Below, piece after piece: positions 21,391-30,160 of a stretch of DNA of 64,000 nt (position 1 is its first letter; the number at the start of each line of letters is the position of its first letter). The stretch is from NCBI GenBank assembly GCA_963702005.1, contig OY969696.1:1632001-1696000 (forward strand), in the 5' to 3' direction. The stretch is from Candidatus Aminicenantes bacterium. GTDB taxonomy: Bacteria > Acidobacteriota > Aminicenantia > Aminicenantales > JAFGBC01. The translations under genes and the position numbers were made by a program. The notes under the pieces were generated by a model. That model ran no database searches, was not told where the DNA came from, and saw only the letters and a list, made by a program, of their open reading frames with translations.

Positions 21391-23064
21391 ATGACCCAGC
21401 CTTTCCGGAAAAGACTCCTGAGAACGCCCGTCCTGACCGTCCTTGTTTTTATTTCGGCCTTCCTGTTCGCCTCGGCCAAGAGGACGGGCGCCCCGTCCAA
21501 GGCTTGGCCCGAGGAGCTCGACGGCTGCACATCCATCCAGGTCGGCCGGCTGGCCAGCCTGGACGGATCCGTCATCACCTGCCACACCTGTGACGGGCCT
21601 TACCGTCAATGGCTGACTATCGTCCCGCACCAGACCTGGCCGGCAAACACCAAAACGGAGATCTTCTCGGGCAAAATGCACACCGAGACCTCGACCGACC
21701 TGCGCGGGCTGATCAAGACCGGGGAGATCCCCCAGGTTCCCGAGACCTTCCGGTTCCTCAACACGGCTTATCCCTGCCTCAACGAGTACGGCCTGGCCAT
21801 CGGCGAGACGACGATCGGCGGCCGCAACGAGCTCTACAACTCCGAGGGCATGTTCCTGATCGAGGAGGTCGAGCGGATCGTCCTCGAGCGCTGCAAGACC
21901 GCCCGCGAGGCCATCAAGCTGGCCGGCGAGCTGGTCAAACAGTATGGCTACGGCGACTACGGGGAATGCATCACGATCGCCGACGGCAAGGAGGTCTGGC
22001 AGTTCGAGATCTTCGGGGCCGGCCCGCTCGAGAAGGGCGCGGTCTGGGCAGCCGTCCGCATCCCCGACGACCAGGTCGGGATCTCGGCCAACATCCCGCG
22101 CATTGGGGAGCTCGACCTCAAGAACCCGGATCGCTTCCTGGCCTCGGAGAACGTCTTCCAGGTCGCCCAGGATATGGGCTGGTGGGATCCCAAGGGCGAC
22201 AAGCCCTTCAAGTTCTGGGAGGTCTACAACGGCCGGAAGCCCTATTCGCAACGCGAATATTTCGTCTTCAACACCCTGGCCCCGTCCCTGAAGCTCGACC
22301 CGAACGCGGCGGAGCTGCCCTTCTCGGTCAAGCCCGACAAAAAGGTTTCGGTCCGGGACATCCTTAGAATCTACCGGGATCCCTTCGCCGGGACCGACCT
22401 GGACATGACCAAGAACCTGCTCGTCCCGAAGCGCCAGCCCCGGCCGAGGCCGGATGCTCCGGCGGCGACTCCACCCGCCGAGCCCGAGATGGTCAAGAGC
22501 CCCATCGTCAGCCCCTGGATGCCCCGCGACATGATGATTCTCATCAACACCCTCAAGCCCGGGACGATTCTGCCGGCTCGGACAATCCCCATCGCCGGCT
22601 GTTCCTACGCAACGGTTATCCAGGTCCGCGGCTGGCTGCCGCCGGCGGTGGGCGCGATCTGCTGGTTCGCCTTCGACAACCCGGCCATGAGCGCCCGCAT
22701 CCCGATCTTCGCCGGGACGACCGCGCTCCCTCCCAGCTTCGAGAACTGCGCCCAGCACCGTTACCGGATGGACTCGGCGGCCTGGGCCTTTCGCCGGGCC
22801 AATCGGCTGGCCACGCCGAAGTGGGGCGAGACGCAGAAAATCGTCGAGGAGACCGTCGCCGAATTCGAGGAGAAAGCCTTCACCGACCTGCCCGGCCTGG
22901 AGAAGAAGGTCCAGGACATCCTGGCCAGCAAGACGCCGGACAAAGAGCCCTTCACGGTCGAGAAGTACTTGACAACGTACACGAACGATATGGCCCGCGC
23001 GGCCATCCAGCGCTACCTCGAGCTGGGCGACCAGTTCTGGATGCTCTGGGCCCGCGGCTATTGA
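21391..23064 (+). CDS. Peptidase C69 (secernin/dipeptidase A) family, secreted
   Basis: Catalytic N-terminal CTSIQVGRLASLDGS; NEYGLAIGETT; RCKTAREAIK; IADGKEVW. Confidence 0.88.
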   Translation: MTQPFRKRLLRTPVLTVLVFISAFLFASAKRTGAPSKAWPEELDGCTSIQVGRLASLDGSVITCHTCDGPYRQWLTIVPHQTWPANTKTEIFSGKMHTETSTDLRGLIKTGEIPQVPETFRFLNTAYPCLNEYGLAIGETTIGGRNELYNSEGMFLIEEVERIVLERCKTAREAIKLAGELVKQYGYGDYGECITIADGKEVWQFEIFGAGPLEKGAVWAAVRIPDDQVGISANIPRIGELDLKNPDRFLASENVFQVAQDMGWWDPKGDKPFKFWEVYNGRKPYSQREYFVFNTLAPSLKLDPNAAELPFSVKPDKKVSVRDILRIYRDPFAGTDLDMTKNLLVPKRQPRPRPDAPAATPPAEPEMVKSPIVSPWMPRDMMILINTLKPGTILPARTIPIAGCSYATVIQVRGWLPPAVGAICWFAFDNPAMSARIPIFAGTTALPPSFENCAQHRYRMDSAAWAFRRANRLATPKWGETQKIVEETVAEFEEKAFTDLPGLEKKVQDILASKTPDKEPFTVEKYLTTYTNDMARAAIQRYLELGDQFWMLWARGY

Positions 23065-23086
23065 CCGGCGCCGGCAGCAATCTCGG

Positions 23087-23665
23087 CTATTTAAGCGTGA
23101 CCGCAACCTCGCCGGTCAGCTCGGGATTCTTCTTGTCCCTGACCCTGATGATGAGGGTATCCCCTTTGGCAAAGCCCGGATTCTTGAAGTAGCACTTGGT
23201 CCTGAACCCGATATGATCGGTCATGGACCCCTGGTCGGCGGCCAGCGGGGCGGTCTGAGTCAAGGGCGGGAAGAAATCCGATCCCTTGGGGAACTTGTAG
23301 AACCTGATCCAGGACGAGATGATCCCTTCCTTCCCCAAGTGGCGATAGAAATCGATGTCGCGGATTTCGCCCCCGTAGTTCTTGCGGAGCTCCTCGACCG
23401 ATGGAAGCGGGTATTCCTTGCCCTTGTAGATCATGACCACGCCGCCGCGGGCGACCGTAATCTCCTGGCTTTCTCCCTTGGCCGCCATGTACAGGATAAA
23501 CATGCTGTAGGTGTTGTCCGTATGCAGGTTGACGAGGCCGGCGTCAACCGCCAGTATGATGGGACCCTCGTCGTTCGAGAAAGCGCCCATACCCAGGTCT
23601 TTCGTCTGCGGATAGGCCGCCGCGCACAGGATGAAAAACAAGCAAACCGCCTTAAGCATCTTCAC
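23087..23665 (-). CDS. Secreted hypothetical protein
   Basis: AAAGGAG RBS, signal peptide, coding-like composition. Confidence 0.7.
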   Translation of the reverse strand: MKMLKAVCLFFILCAAAYPQTKDLGMGAFSNDEGPIILAVDAGLVNLHTDNTYSMFILYMAAKGESQEITVARGGVVMIYKGKEYPLPSVEELRKNYGGEIRDIDFYRHLGKEGIISSWIRFYKFPKGSDFFPPLTQTAPLAADQGSMTDHIGFRTKCYFKNPGFAKGDTLIIRVRDKKNPELTGEVAVTLK

Positions 23666-23868
23666 GGTTGTCTCCTTTCAAAGACACGTGTCCTCTTTTC
23701 CCGGAGGATCTGTCGCACACGTTAAATCTCTAATAGCCTGATTACATATTGCGATCTAGGCTTACTCCAACTCCCTTAGTGCAACCGGCGTGCCAATTTC
23801 GGTTCAACTGCTTTTCTTGCCTTGATTCGAAGTGCGGTCGCGGCTTATGATTCCGGCAGGAGGCAACG

Positions 23869-24996
23869 ATGTCCAGAGCGCGTATGGTTGTGTTGATTCT
23901 TGCCATGTTGGCCAAGGGTTTGTCGGCCCAGTTTTTGGTCGACACGCTCACCAAGCTCGGAGACTATGAGTCCCGGCGGACCTCAAGCTATGACCGGACC
24001 GGCTCCAACGGGGACTACCGGCACCTGAAAGCCGGGGAGACCTTAGAACTGTTCGCCGAGGCCGGCCCCGCGGAAATCCGGCACATCTGGATGACCATGG
24101 CCAGCGGCGAAGTCTATCACCTCAAAAAAGTCGTGCTGCGTATGTACTGGGACGGCGAGCCCGAGCCGAGCGTCGAAACGCCCATCGGCGATTTCTTCGG
24201 ACTGGGGCTGGGGACTTACACCGTGTTCCATTCGGCGCTGATCGCGGTGGCGCCGGACAAGGCCCTGAACGCCTACTTCCCGATGCCGTTCGCCCGGCAG
24301 GGCCGCATCACCGTCAGCAACGAGGGGACCCAGGACATCACGGATTTTTACTGGAACATCGACTGGGTCAAGCTTCCTTCGCTCGCTCCGGAGACGGTCT
24401 ATTTTCACGCCCAATACCGCCAGTGCGCGCCGTGCCGGGGCTGGTACAAGGGCAATTTCTACGGAAACGATTTCAGCGAGGCGCGGCGCGACCCGCGCTG
24501 GCTCAATGCGTCGGGAGCGGGAAACTACGTGTTTCTCGAAACCCGGGGGGACGGCCATTTTGTCGGCGTGACGCTTTCGGTCTTCCAGAATCAGTGGGGA
24601 GGCTGGAACGAGGGAGACGAGATGATCTGGATCGACGGCGAGGCCGAGCCGCGGATTCACGGCACCGGCGGCGAGGATTATTTCAACGGCGCCTGGGGCT
24701 TTTCCGCCCTGTATTCGTTCCCCCTGGTCGGGCTGACCGAGTTTCATCAATGGGAACCGGGCTCTCGATTCTCGCACTACCGCTTCCACCTGGAGGCTCC
24801 CGTCCGTTTTCACAAGTCGATCCGGGCGACGATCGAAGACGGGCACGCCAACCTGCGCTCGGACAACCTCTACTCGGTGGCCTACTGGTACCAGAAGGAG
24901 CCCCACGCGGGGTTCCCGGCGCTTCCGCCCGCCGAAGAGCGCATCCCGAAATTCGTGTACACGGGCGGACCCGGCCAAGACAGGAAGATGAAATAG
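23869..24996 (+). CDS. DUF2961 / glycoside hydrolase family 172 protein
   Basis: IRHIWMT, LRMYWDGE..PSVETPIGDFFG, EGDEMIWIDGE, HGTGGEDYFNGAW, YSVAYWYQ. Confidence 0.92.
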   Translation: MSRARMVVLILAMLAKGLSAQFLVDTLTKLGDYESRRTSSYDRTGSNGDYRHLKAGETLELFAEAGPAEIRHIWMTMASGEVYHLKKVVLRMYWDGEPEPSVETPIGDFFGLGLGTYTVFHSALIAVAPDKALNAYFPMPFARQGRITVSNEGTQDITDFYWNIDWVKLPSLAPETVYFHAQYRQCAPCRGWYKGNFYGNDFSEARRDPRWLNASGAGNYVFLETRGDGHFVGVTLSVFQNQWGGWNEGDEMIWIDGEAEPRIHGTGGEDYFNGAWGFSALYSFPLVGLTEFHQWEPGSRFSHYRFHLEAPVRFHKSIRATIEDGHANLRSDNLYSVAYWYQKEPHAGFPALPPAEERIPKFVYTGGPGQDRKMK

Positions 24997-25035
24997 TCGG
25001 TTTTAAAGGAAAGAAATATCTGTCGGGAGGAAGGT

Positions 25036-27006
25036 CTAGTGCCGCGGATCGATTTTCACTTTGGTCGGCGAATCCGGCACAACCAGCAGGGGACCGGGCT
25101 TGCGGACGTTGCCCGCCGCCTGGCCGATGAGATCCAGTTGGAAGTGCTTGTCGGCCGAAGCTTGCGGAATGACGCCGGAAATTGACCAGGTCATCATCAG
25201 CGCGTCGAGATCGACATCGATGCTCATGTCCGCGTAAGCGCCATTCTTGTCAAACCCGAAGAATTTCCGCCACGCTTCGAGATCGAGCCGGAGGATCGTG
25301 CCCGCATCGGGAATCCAGTTCAGTCCGCGCCCCAGCGACTGGGTCTCATCGCGCGTTTCGCCCCAATCTCTCGTGTAGAGGTTGCCGTCCGCGGTGTTGT
25401 CGCCATTGGAGAAATCGATGGCCTTGCCGCAGCGGAAGAAAATGTTGTTCAAGACCTTGTTCCGACGCGTGGTGCCACCCCGCCCGCTCACGATCCGGCT
25501 TTCGATGTTTCGAAATTTGACGGCGGCATCCTGGGTACAGCCGATCAGGTTATGGGCAATGACCGTCTGGTCGCTTCCATCCACGGTGATGCCCCAGCCG
25601 CCGTGGGGCGGCATGTTGTAGGACCCGCCCCCCGCGCCTTCGGTCGCCTTCCAGATGATGTTGTTATCGATCATGTTGGCATCGTGCGAGGCTTCGAGAT
25701 AGATGCCGCCCCGCAGGGTTTCCAGCGCGTCACCCATCACGTTTCCGGTCACGCGCGTATTCGTATTCTCGTAGTCGAGCCAGATGGCCTCGGCATGGAC
25801 GGTGTGGCGGATGACGTTATGGATGAGCAGGCAGTTCTTGGTCAGATGCAGCTTGATCCCGCCTGTTTCCCAGGCCAGCTCCACGTCCTGGTAACCCACC
25901 TGCTCGATCAGATTGGAATCGATGAGAGTGTTCTGCACGGCCGCTCCGGCGATCCCGCAGACGCCCACGTCGTCGATATGGTTGCGGCGGACGATGGCGT
26001 AGCCGATAAGGGCGGGCGGCTCCATGTCCCAGTCCTGGGCGCCAATGTCGAGCGCTACGCCGTTGGCGTGCCGCAGGATACAATCCTCGATGATCCAGTG
26101 ATGGCCCCGGCTCATGGAAACCAGCCCGCGCTGCGGGACCGGGAAGCCGTTGGCCGCGTGCTCGAAGGTGATCCCCTTGACTCGGATGTAACCCAGCTCT
26201 TGCGTCCGGGGCGCGAAGACCTGCTCCTGGATCGCGAGCTCCACCTCGTGCTGAGCGGGATCTGCGTCGCCGGGAAGGCGCACGTGGATCGTGAGCCCGT
26301 CCTGCTCACACCAAAAGGCGCCGTCTTTCCCGCTGAGCTTCTGGTAAAGCTCGACCTGCTCGAGGCGTTGCCCGTCCATGAAAACCATCCCGCGCCGTTT
26401 GAGATGCCGCCACAACTCTTCCGGCTTAGGCATCAGGTAGACGCGGTTATGCATGATGCTGGCCATACCGAAGGGGTTGTAGCCCTGGAAATCGAGATCG
26501 TCCAGGCGGCGACGATAGATCTTCACTTTGGCGCGAGCCGCCGCGGGCAAGTCGAGCTTGAAATCCGTCGAAGGCTCCCAACCGGCCTTGACCGTCCGCG
26601 AGCCCTTGACGATGACGCTCGCCCCGGGCGCCGCCTCGTAACTGATCATCTTGTCAGGGCCGCTGCCGCCGCGCGCCGGATCGATATGCTCGCGATAGAT
26701 GCCCGTCATGATAACCACGCGCTCGCCCGGCTGTAACACCTGAGCCGCTTTGTTAATGGTCAGAAAGGGGAGTTCCTTCGTGCCCGCATTCGAATCCGCG
26801 GCGCGAGGATTCCGGTTATCCACATAATATGTTCCGGCGAACTGAAGCGGCTGCTCCCAGGAAATAAACTCGCGCCCGTCAGGCAACAGAACTCCGGTTC
26901 CGTTTTCTCCACCCGAAAATGAACCGGTCACGAGGCCGATCAGGCACAGAGCCGTGGTGAGCAGTGCCCGCCGGATCAGAGGGCCGGATGAAAGTTCATG
27001 TCTCAT
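25036..27006 (-). CDS. Right-handed beta-helix glycoside hydrolase (GH120 beta-xylosidase-like)
   Basis: PFLTINKAAQVLQPGE.V.I.TGIYRE.I.PARGG, GHHWIIEDC, ETGGIKLH, IWLDY. Confidence 0.75.
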   Translation of the reverse strand: MRHELSSGPLIRRALLTTALCLIGLVTGSFSGGENGTGVLLPDGREFISWEQPLQFAGTYYVDNRNPRAADSNAGTKELPFLTINKAAQVLQPGERVVIMTGIYREHIDPARGGSGPDKMISYEAAPGASVIVKGSRTVKAGWEPSTDFKLDLPAAARAKVKIYRRRLDDLDFQGYNPFGMASIMHNRVYLMPKPEELWRHLKRRGMVFMDGQRLEQVELYQKLSGKDGAFWCEQDGLTIHVRLPGDADPAQHEVELAIQEQVFAPRTQELGYIRVKGITFEHAANGFPVPQRGLVSMSRGHHWIIEDCILRHANGVALDIGAQDWDMEPPALIGYAIVRRNHIDDVGVCGIAGAAVQNTLIDSNLIEQVGYQDVELAWETGGIKLHLTKNCLLIHNVIRHTVHAEAIWLDYENTNTRVTGNVMGDALETLRGGIYLEASHDANMIDNNIIWKATEGAGGGSYNMPPHGGWGITVDGSDQTVIAHNLIGCTQDAAVKFRNIESRIVSGRGGTTRRNKVLNNIFFRCGKAIDFSNGDNTADGNLYTRDWGETRDETQSLGRGLNWIPDAGTILRLDLEAWRKFFGFDKNGAYADMSIDVDLDALMMTWSISGVIPQASADKHFQLDLIGQAAGNVRKPGPLLVVPDSPTKVKIDPRH

Positions 27007-27134
27007 TTTTGCTTCGTCCTTCTCAGTACCATGGATGATAGATCGCGGTTTGTCAGGATGTCAACCGAAGCTCGTAAGACATATAGTATAAGACATATAC
27101 TGACGAGTTTTTTTGCAGCGTCCTTGAAATAAAA

Positions 27135-27218
27135 TGCCCAGGGCGGGACTCGAACCCGCATGGCCTTACGGCCGCGACATTTTAAGTGTCGTGCGTATGC
27201 CTATTCCGCCACCTGGGC
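27135..27218 (-). tRNA. tRNA-Leu (anticodon TAA)
   Basis: Reverse complement GCCCAGGTGGCGGAATAGGCATACGCACGACACTTAAAATGTCGCGGCCGTAAGGCCATGCGGGTTCGAGTCCCGCCCTGGGCA folds into a full cloverleaf with long variable arm; CCA not encoded. Confidence 0.93.
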
Positions 27219-27680
27219 TCTTTTTCTGCTACGATGCGTAGGCCTCAAGCTATGACAATTAGGACATAATATTCTTAAATTTTCCAGACGATTATCATTT
27301 CTATTGCCGTTGATGTGGTCCAATTCCAGCGGCAAATATCCATTTTCGGATAGCACGGCCCAGCCGCATTCCTCACAATGCTTTGGCTTCAAACCGGCGT
27401 TGAACAATCTGTTTTTGAGCTTAAAGCTTTGAACCGAACTGCCTAGGATTAACACGTTTGATAGAGGAATTCGAGGCTTTCCTTTGCCTTTAATACCTCT
27501 GTTCCATCCATGCCCTTTGAAATGTTTGATATTGAGTCCATGTTCCTTTATGTACTTTTTTATCTGTTCGTAATTTCCCCCCGCTCCTTTTAAGTTCAAT
27601 TTCTGGAGAACCTGCCTATAACTCGTAGAAGTTATGACGGCATTCTCCAAGTCACTCAGCTGCCATGACCTCCTTCTCAT
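27201..27680 (-). CDS. HNH endonuclease (Zn-binding)
   Basis: CEECG...LELDHINGNRNDNRLENLRILCPNCHS; AT-rich; last codons (AQVAE*) overlap the tRNA 5' end. Confidence 0.92.
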   Translation of the reverse strand: MRRRSWQLSDLENAVITSTSYRQVLQKLNLKGAGGNYEQIKKYIKEHGLNIKHFKGHGWNRGIKGKGKPRIPLSNVLILGSSVQSFKLKNRLFNAGLKPKHCEECGWAVLSENGYLPLELDHINGNRNDNRLENLRILCPNCHSLRPTHRSRKRAQVAE

Positions 27681-27686
27681 GGCATG

Positions 27687-27715
27687 ATTATATGATATGG
27701 AAGTCGCCAAGACAA
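27687..27715 (-). promoter_or_regulatory. Putative sigma70 promoter giving a leaderless HNH-tRNA transcript
   Basis: Minus strand TTGTCT-17 nt-TATAAT, 6 nt before ATG at 27680; no SD. Confidence 0.55.
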
Positions 27716-27760
27716 TTAATTTATTAACGCGTTTACCCTTTAAGAAAGATATAAGCCGAG

Positions 27761-27810
27761 AATCCCTCGGGGCGTAAGCTCCGTGCCGGTTCGAGCCCGG
27801 CCCCCGGCAC
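27761..27810 (+). pseudogene. 3' half of a tRNA-Leu gene (anticodon loop to acceptor stem); att-like remnant
   Basis: AATCCCT-CGGGGCGTAAGCTCCG (variable arm)-T-GCCGGTTCGAGCCCGGC (T arm)-CCCCGGCAC; no matching 5' half seen nearby. Confidence 0.8.
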
Positions 27811-27845
27811 TCACACTATCTACGGCCGCTGTTCGACGGCCTCCC

Positions 27846-29039
27846 TCAGGACTTGCCGTCCGTCACCCGTTTCCAGACGCGGAGGAAATTTTCCCCCATG
27901 ATCTTCTTGACGTCGGCGTCGCTGTAGCCCCGGCGTTTCAACCCGCGGGTGATCAGCCCGTAATCCTGGGCTCCTCGGAGCCCTTCGGGCGTAGGCGTCC
28001 GCGGGTACATGTCCGCTCCCAGCCCGACATGGTCGATCCCGGCTGTCTTCACGGCGTGATCGATATGATCGAGGATGTCCTCGATCGTCGGCTTCCCCTC
28101 GAGCGGCCAATCCCGGCCCTGGCTGAGGTGCTCGACGGCGATCCGCAAGTCGAGGTCCTCGATCGGAGGAACTCTCTCGAAAATCGGCCGGCTGATCGCC
28201 CGGAGTTCCTCGGCGGCCTTGGCATAGCCGGCGGAAAGATAGGTGAGCTCAAAGACGATGCCGATCACGCCGTCGTTTTTGGCGAGAGCTCGCAGCATCT
28301 CGTCGCTGACGTTCCGGCGGTAGGGATTGACGGCCCTGCATCCGGAATGCGAGAGGATGACGGGATCTCGGCTGACCTCCAAGACGTCGAAGAAGGTCTT
28401 GTCCGAAACGTGGGAGACATCGATGACCATGCCGAGCCTGTTCATCTCCCGGACGACATCCCGGCCCAGGGCGTTGAGCCCGTTCCAACGGGGCTTGTCG
28501 GCGCTGGAATCGGCCCAGCCATGGCTGATGTTATGGGTCAGCGTCATCGAGGTCACTCCGAGTCGCCGGAACTCCACCAGCAGATCGAGGCGGTCCTCGA
28601 TGGCGTGGCCGCCCTCGATGGCCAACGGCATTGCGATTTTTCCCGAGGCGACGATCCTCTCGATATCGGCGCCCGTTCGGGCCAGCTCGACACATCGGGA
28701 ATTTTTTTCGATCGCCCCGGTCATGGCCTTCAGGAGCTCAAAGGCCTGGCGGGCGGCCTTGTCGGGATAAAGATAATTTTGGATGAATAAGGCGACGACT
28801 TGGACATCGACCTGTCCCTCTTGGAGACGGGGAATATCGACCTGCCCGGCGGGCAAGCGCTTCCCGATGTCCAGCCCCTCATAGAGGACCCGGTAGGCCA
28901 GATCGTTGTGGCAGTCCCAAACCAGGGCCTCCCGATGGAGCCTGGAAACGGCGTCCTCGGCCGATTGTGCTCGGGCCGGCTTAGGGCCGATCCCCGCCAA
29001 GGCCAGGGCGGCCAGAAGAGCCGATAGCCGCATGATCAT
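27846..29039 (-). CDS. Membrane dipeptidase (peptidase M19 family), secreted
   Basis: DCHND, AIEGGH, MTLTHN, DVSHVS, SHSG, HIDH..GIDHVGLGAD, KIMGENFLRV; own AAAGGA RBS and signal peptide. Confidence 0.9.
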   Translation of the reverse strand: MIMRLSALLAALALAGIGPKPARAQSAEDAVSRLHREALVWDCHNDLAYRVLYEGLDIGKRLPAGQVDIPRLQEGQVDVQVVALFIQNYLYPDKAARQAFELLKAMTGAIEKNSRCVELARTGADIERIVASGKIAMPLAIEGGHAIEDRLDLLVEFRRLGVTSMTLTHNISHGWADSSADKPRWNGLNALGRDVVREMNRLGMVIDVSHVSDKTFFDVLEVSRDPVILSHSGCRAVNPYRRNVSDEMLRALAKNDGVIGIVFELTYLSAGYAKAAEELRAISRPIFERVPPIEDLDLRIAVEHLSQGRDWPLEGKPTIEDILDHIDHAVKTAGIDHVGLGADMYPRTPTPEGLRGAQDYGLITRGLKRRGYSDADVKKIMGENFLRVWKRVTDGKS

Positions 29040-29052
29040 GCGGGCCGATCCT

Positions 29053-30062
29053 TTAAAGCTTGGAGGCGACCAGGATTCCCAATCCCACCAGGTAGAACAA
29101 GAACATCGCGGCCAACAGCTTGTTCGTCCCGGCCGGAGCATCCTTGAATTCTTTCCAGATGAAGACGCCCCAGAGGGCGCCGACCATGGTGGCGCCCTGG
29201 CCCAATCCATAAGACAGGGCGGGACCGGCCGCGTTCTGGCGATGATGCTGAAGGACATCCCGAGGCTCCAGATGACTCCGCCCAGGATTCCGATCAGGTG
29301 CAAGCGGGGGTTGCCCTTGCTGAAGTAGTCGCGGAACGGCACCGGATCCCCCGAGAGCGGCTTGGCCATCATGATGCTGTTCCAGAGAAAGTTGGAGACC
29401 AGAACTCCGACCGAGAACAGGACGATCGCCGTATAGGGACTCAACTTCCCCGGCTCAAGAGCCCGGCTGGCCGGGTCGATCCTGCCCAAGGCGTTGGCGA
29501 CATAGCTGTAGAAGAATCCCATCAACACGCCGGCGACGACGGAAAGAACGATGCCCTTGAGCGGTGTCTTTTGGGCTTGGGCCGCTCGTTTCTTATAGGC
29601 CAAGGCGTCGAGGATGATGGCGACCAGGACGCCGGCGACGCCCAAGGCCAGCATCGGCACGTTGCCCTCGGGCTTCTTCAGATAGGTCGTGATGACACCC
29701 AGGGCCAGGGCCAGGCCGACGCCAACCGGGAAAGCCACGGCCAAGCCGGCGATATCGATGGCCGCCACCAGGAGGATATTCGACAGGTTGAAAATGACGC
29801 CGCCCAGGAAGGCGGAGCCCAGCCAGGCGCCGTCAGCCTGCCGCAGATCGGCCAGAAAGCCGCGTCCGGCCCCGCCCGTGCTGCCCAGGGTGAAGGCCAG
29901 GACGAGAGACAATAGCAACACGCCGATCGCGTAGTCCCAATAGAAGAGCTGGAACCGCCATTCCTTGCTGGCCAGCTTCTGGGTGTTCGCCCAAGATCCC
30001 CAGCAGAGCATGGTGATGACGCACATCGCAATCGCGACGGGATAGGAAGCGACGATGATCAT
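29053..30062 (-). CDS. GRP/DMT-family sugar transporter, one-base frameshift near 29236-29240
   Basis: MLCWGSWANTQKL, FQLFYWDY, AGLAVAFPVG; the alternate frame resumes NAAGPALSYGLGQGATMVGALWGVFIWKEFK to TAA at 29053. Confidence 0.82.
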
Positions 30063-30160
30063 GCCGTTCTCCTTTGCTTTCCCTGCCGGCCGAGCCCGAT
30101 CCGCCGGCCGCGCCGCGGGAATGTTATATCGCGAGCGTCGAGGCTGTCAAGGCGACGAGT

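Noticed and set aside
27740-27765. AAGATATAAGCC before the tRNA 3' half resembles the group I intron S element; tRNA-Leu(UAA) introns are known
   Set aside because: No 5' exon on the + strand, no recognisable P/Q/R elements, and no room for P9 before the exon
27846-30062. 738-aa transporter-dipeptidase fusion in the ORF track
   Set aside because: Explained by a single-base deletion; each gene has its own stop or RBS/start, and the linker is out-of-frame transporter sequence
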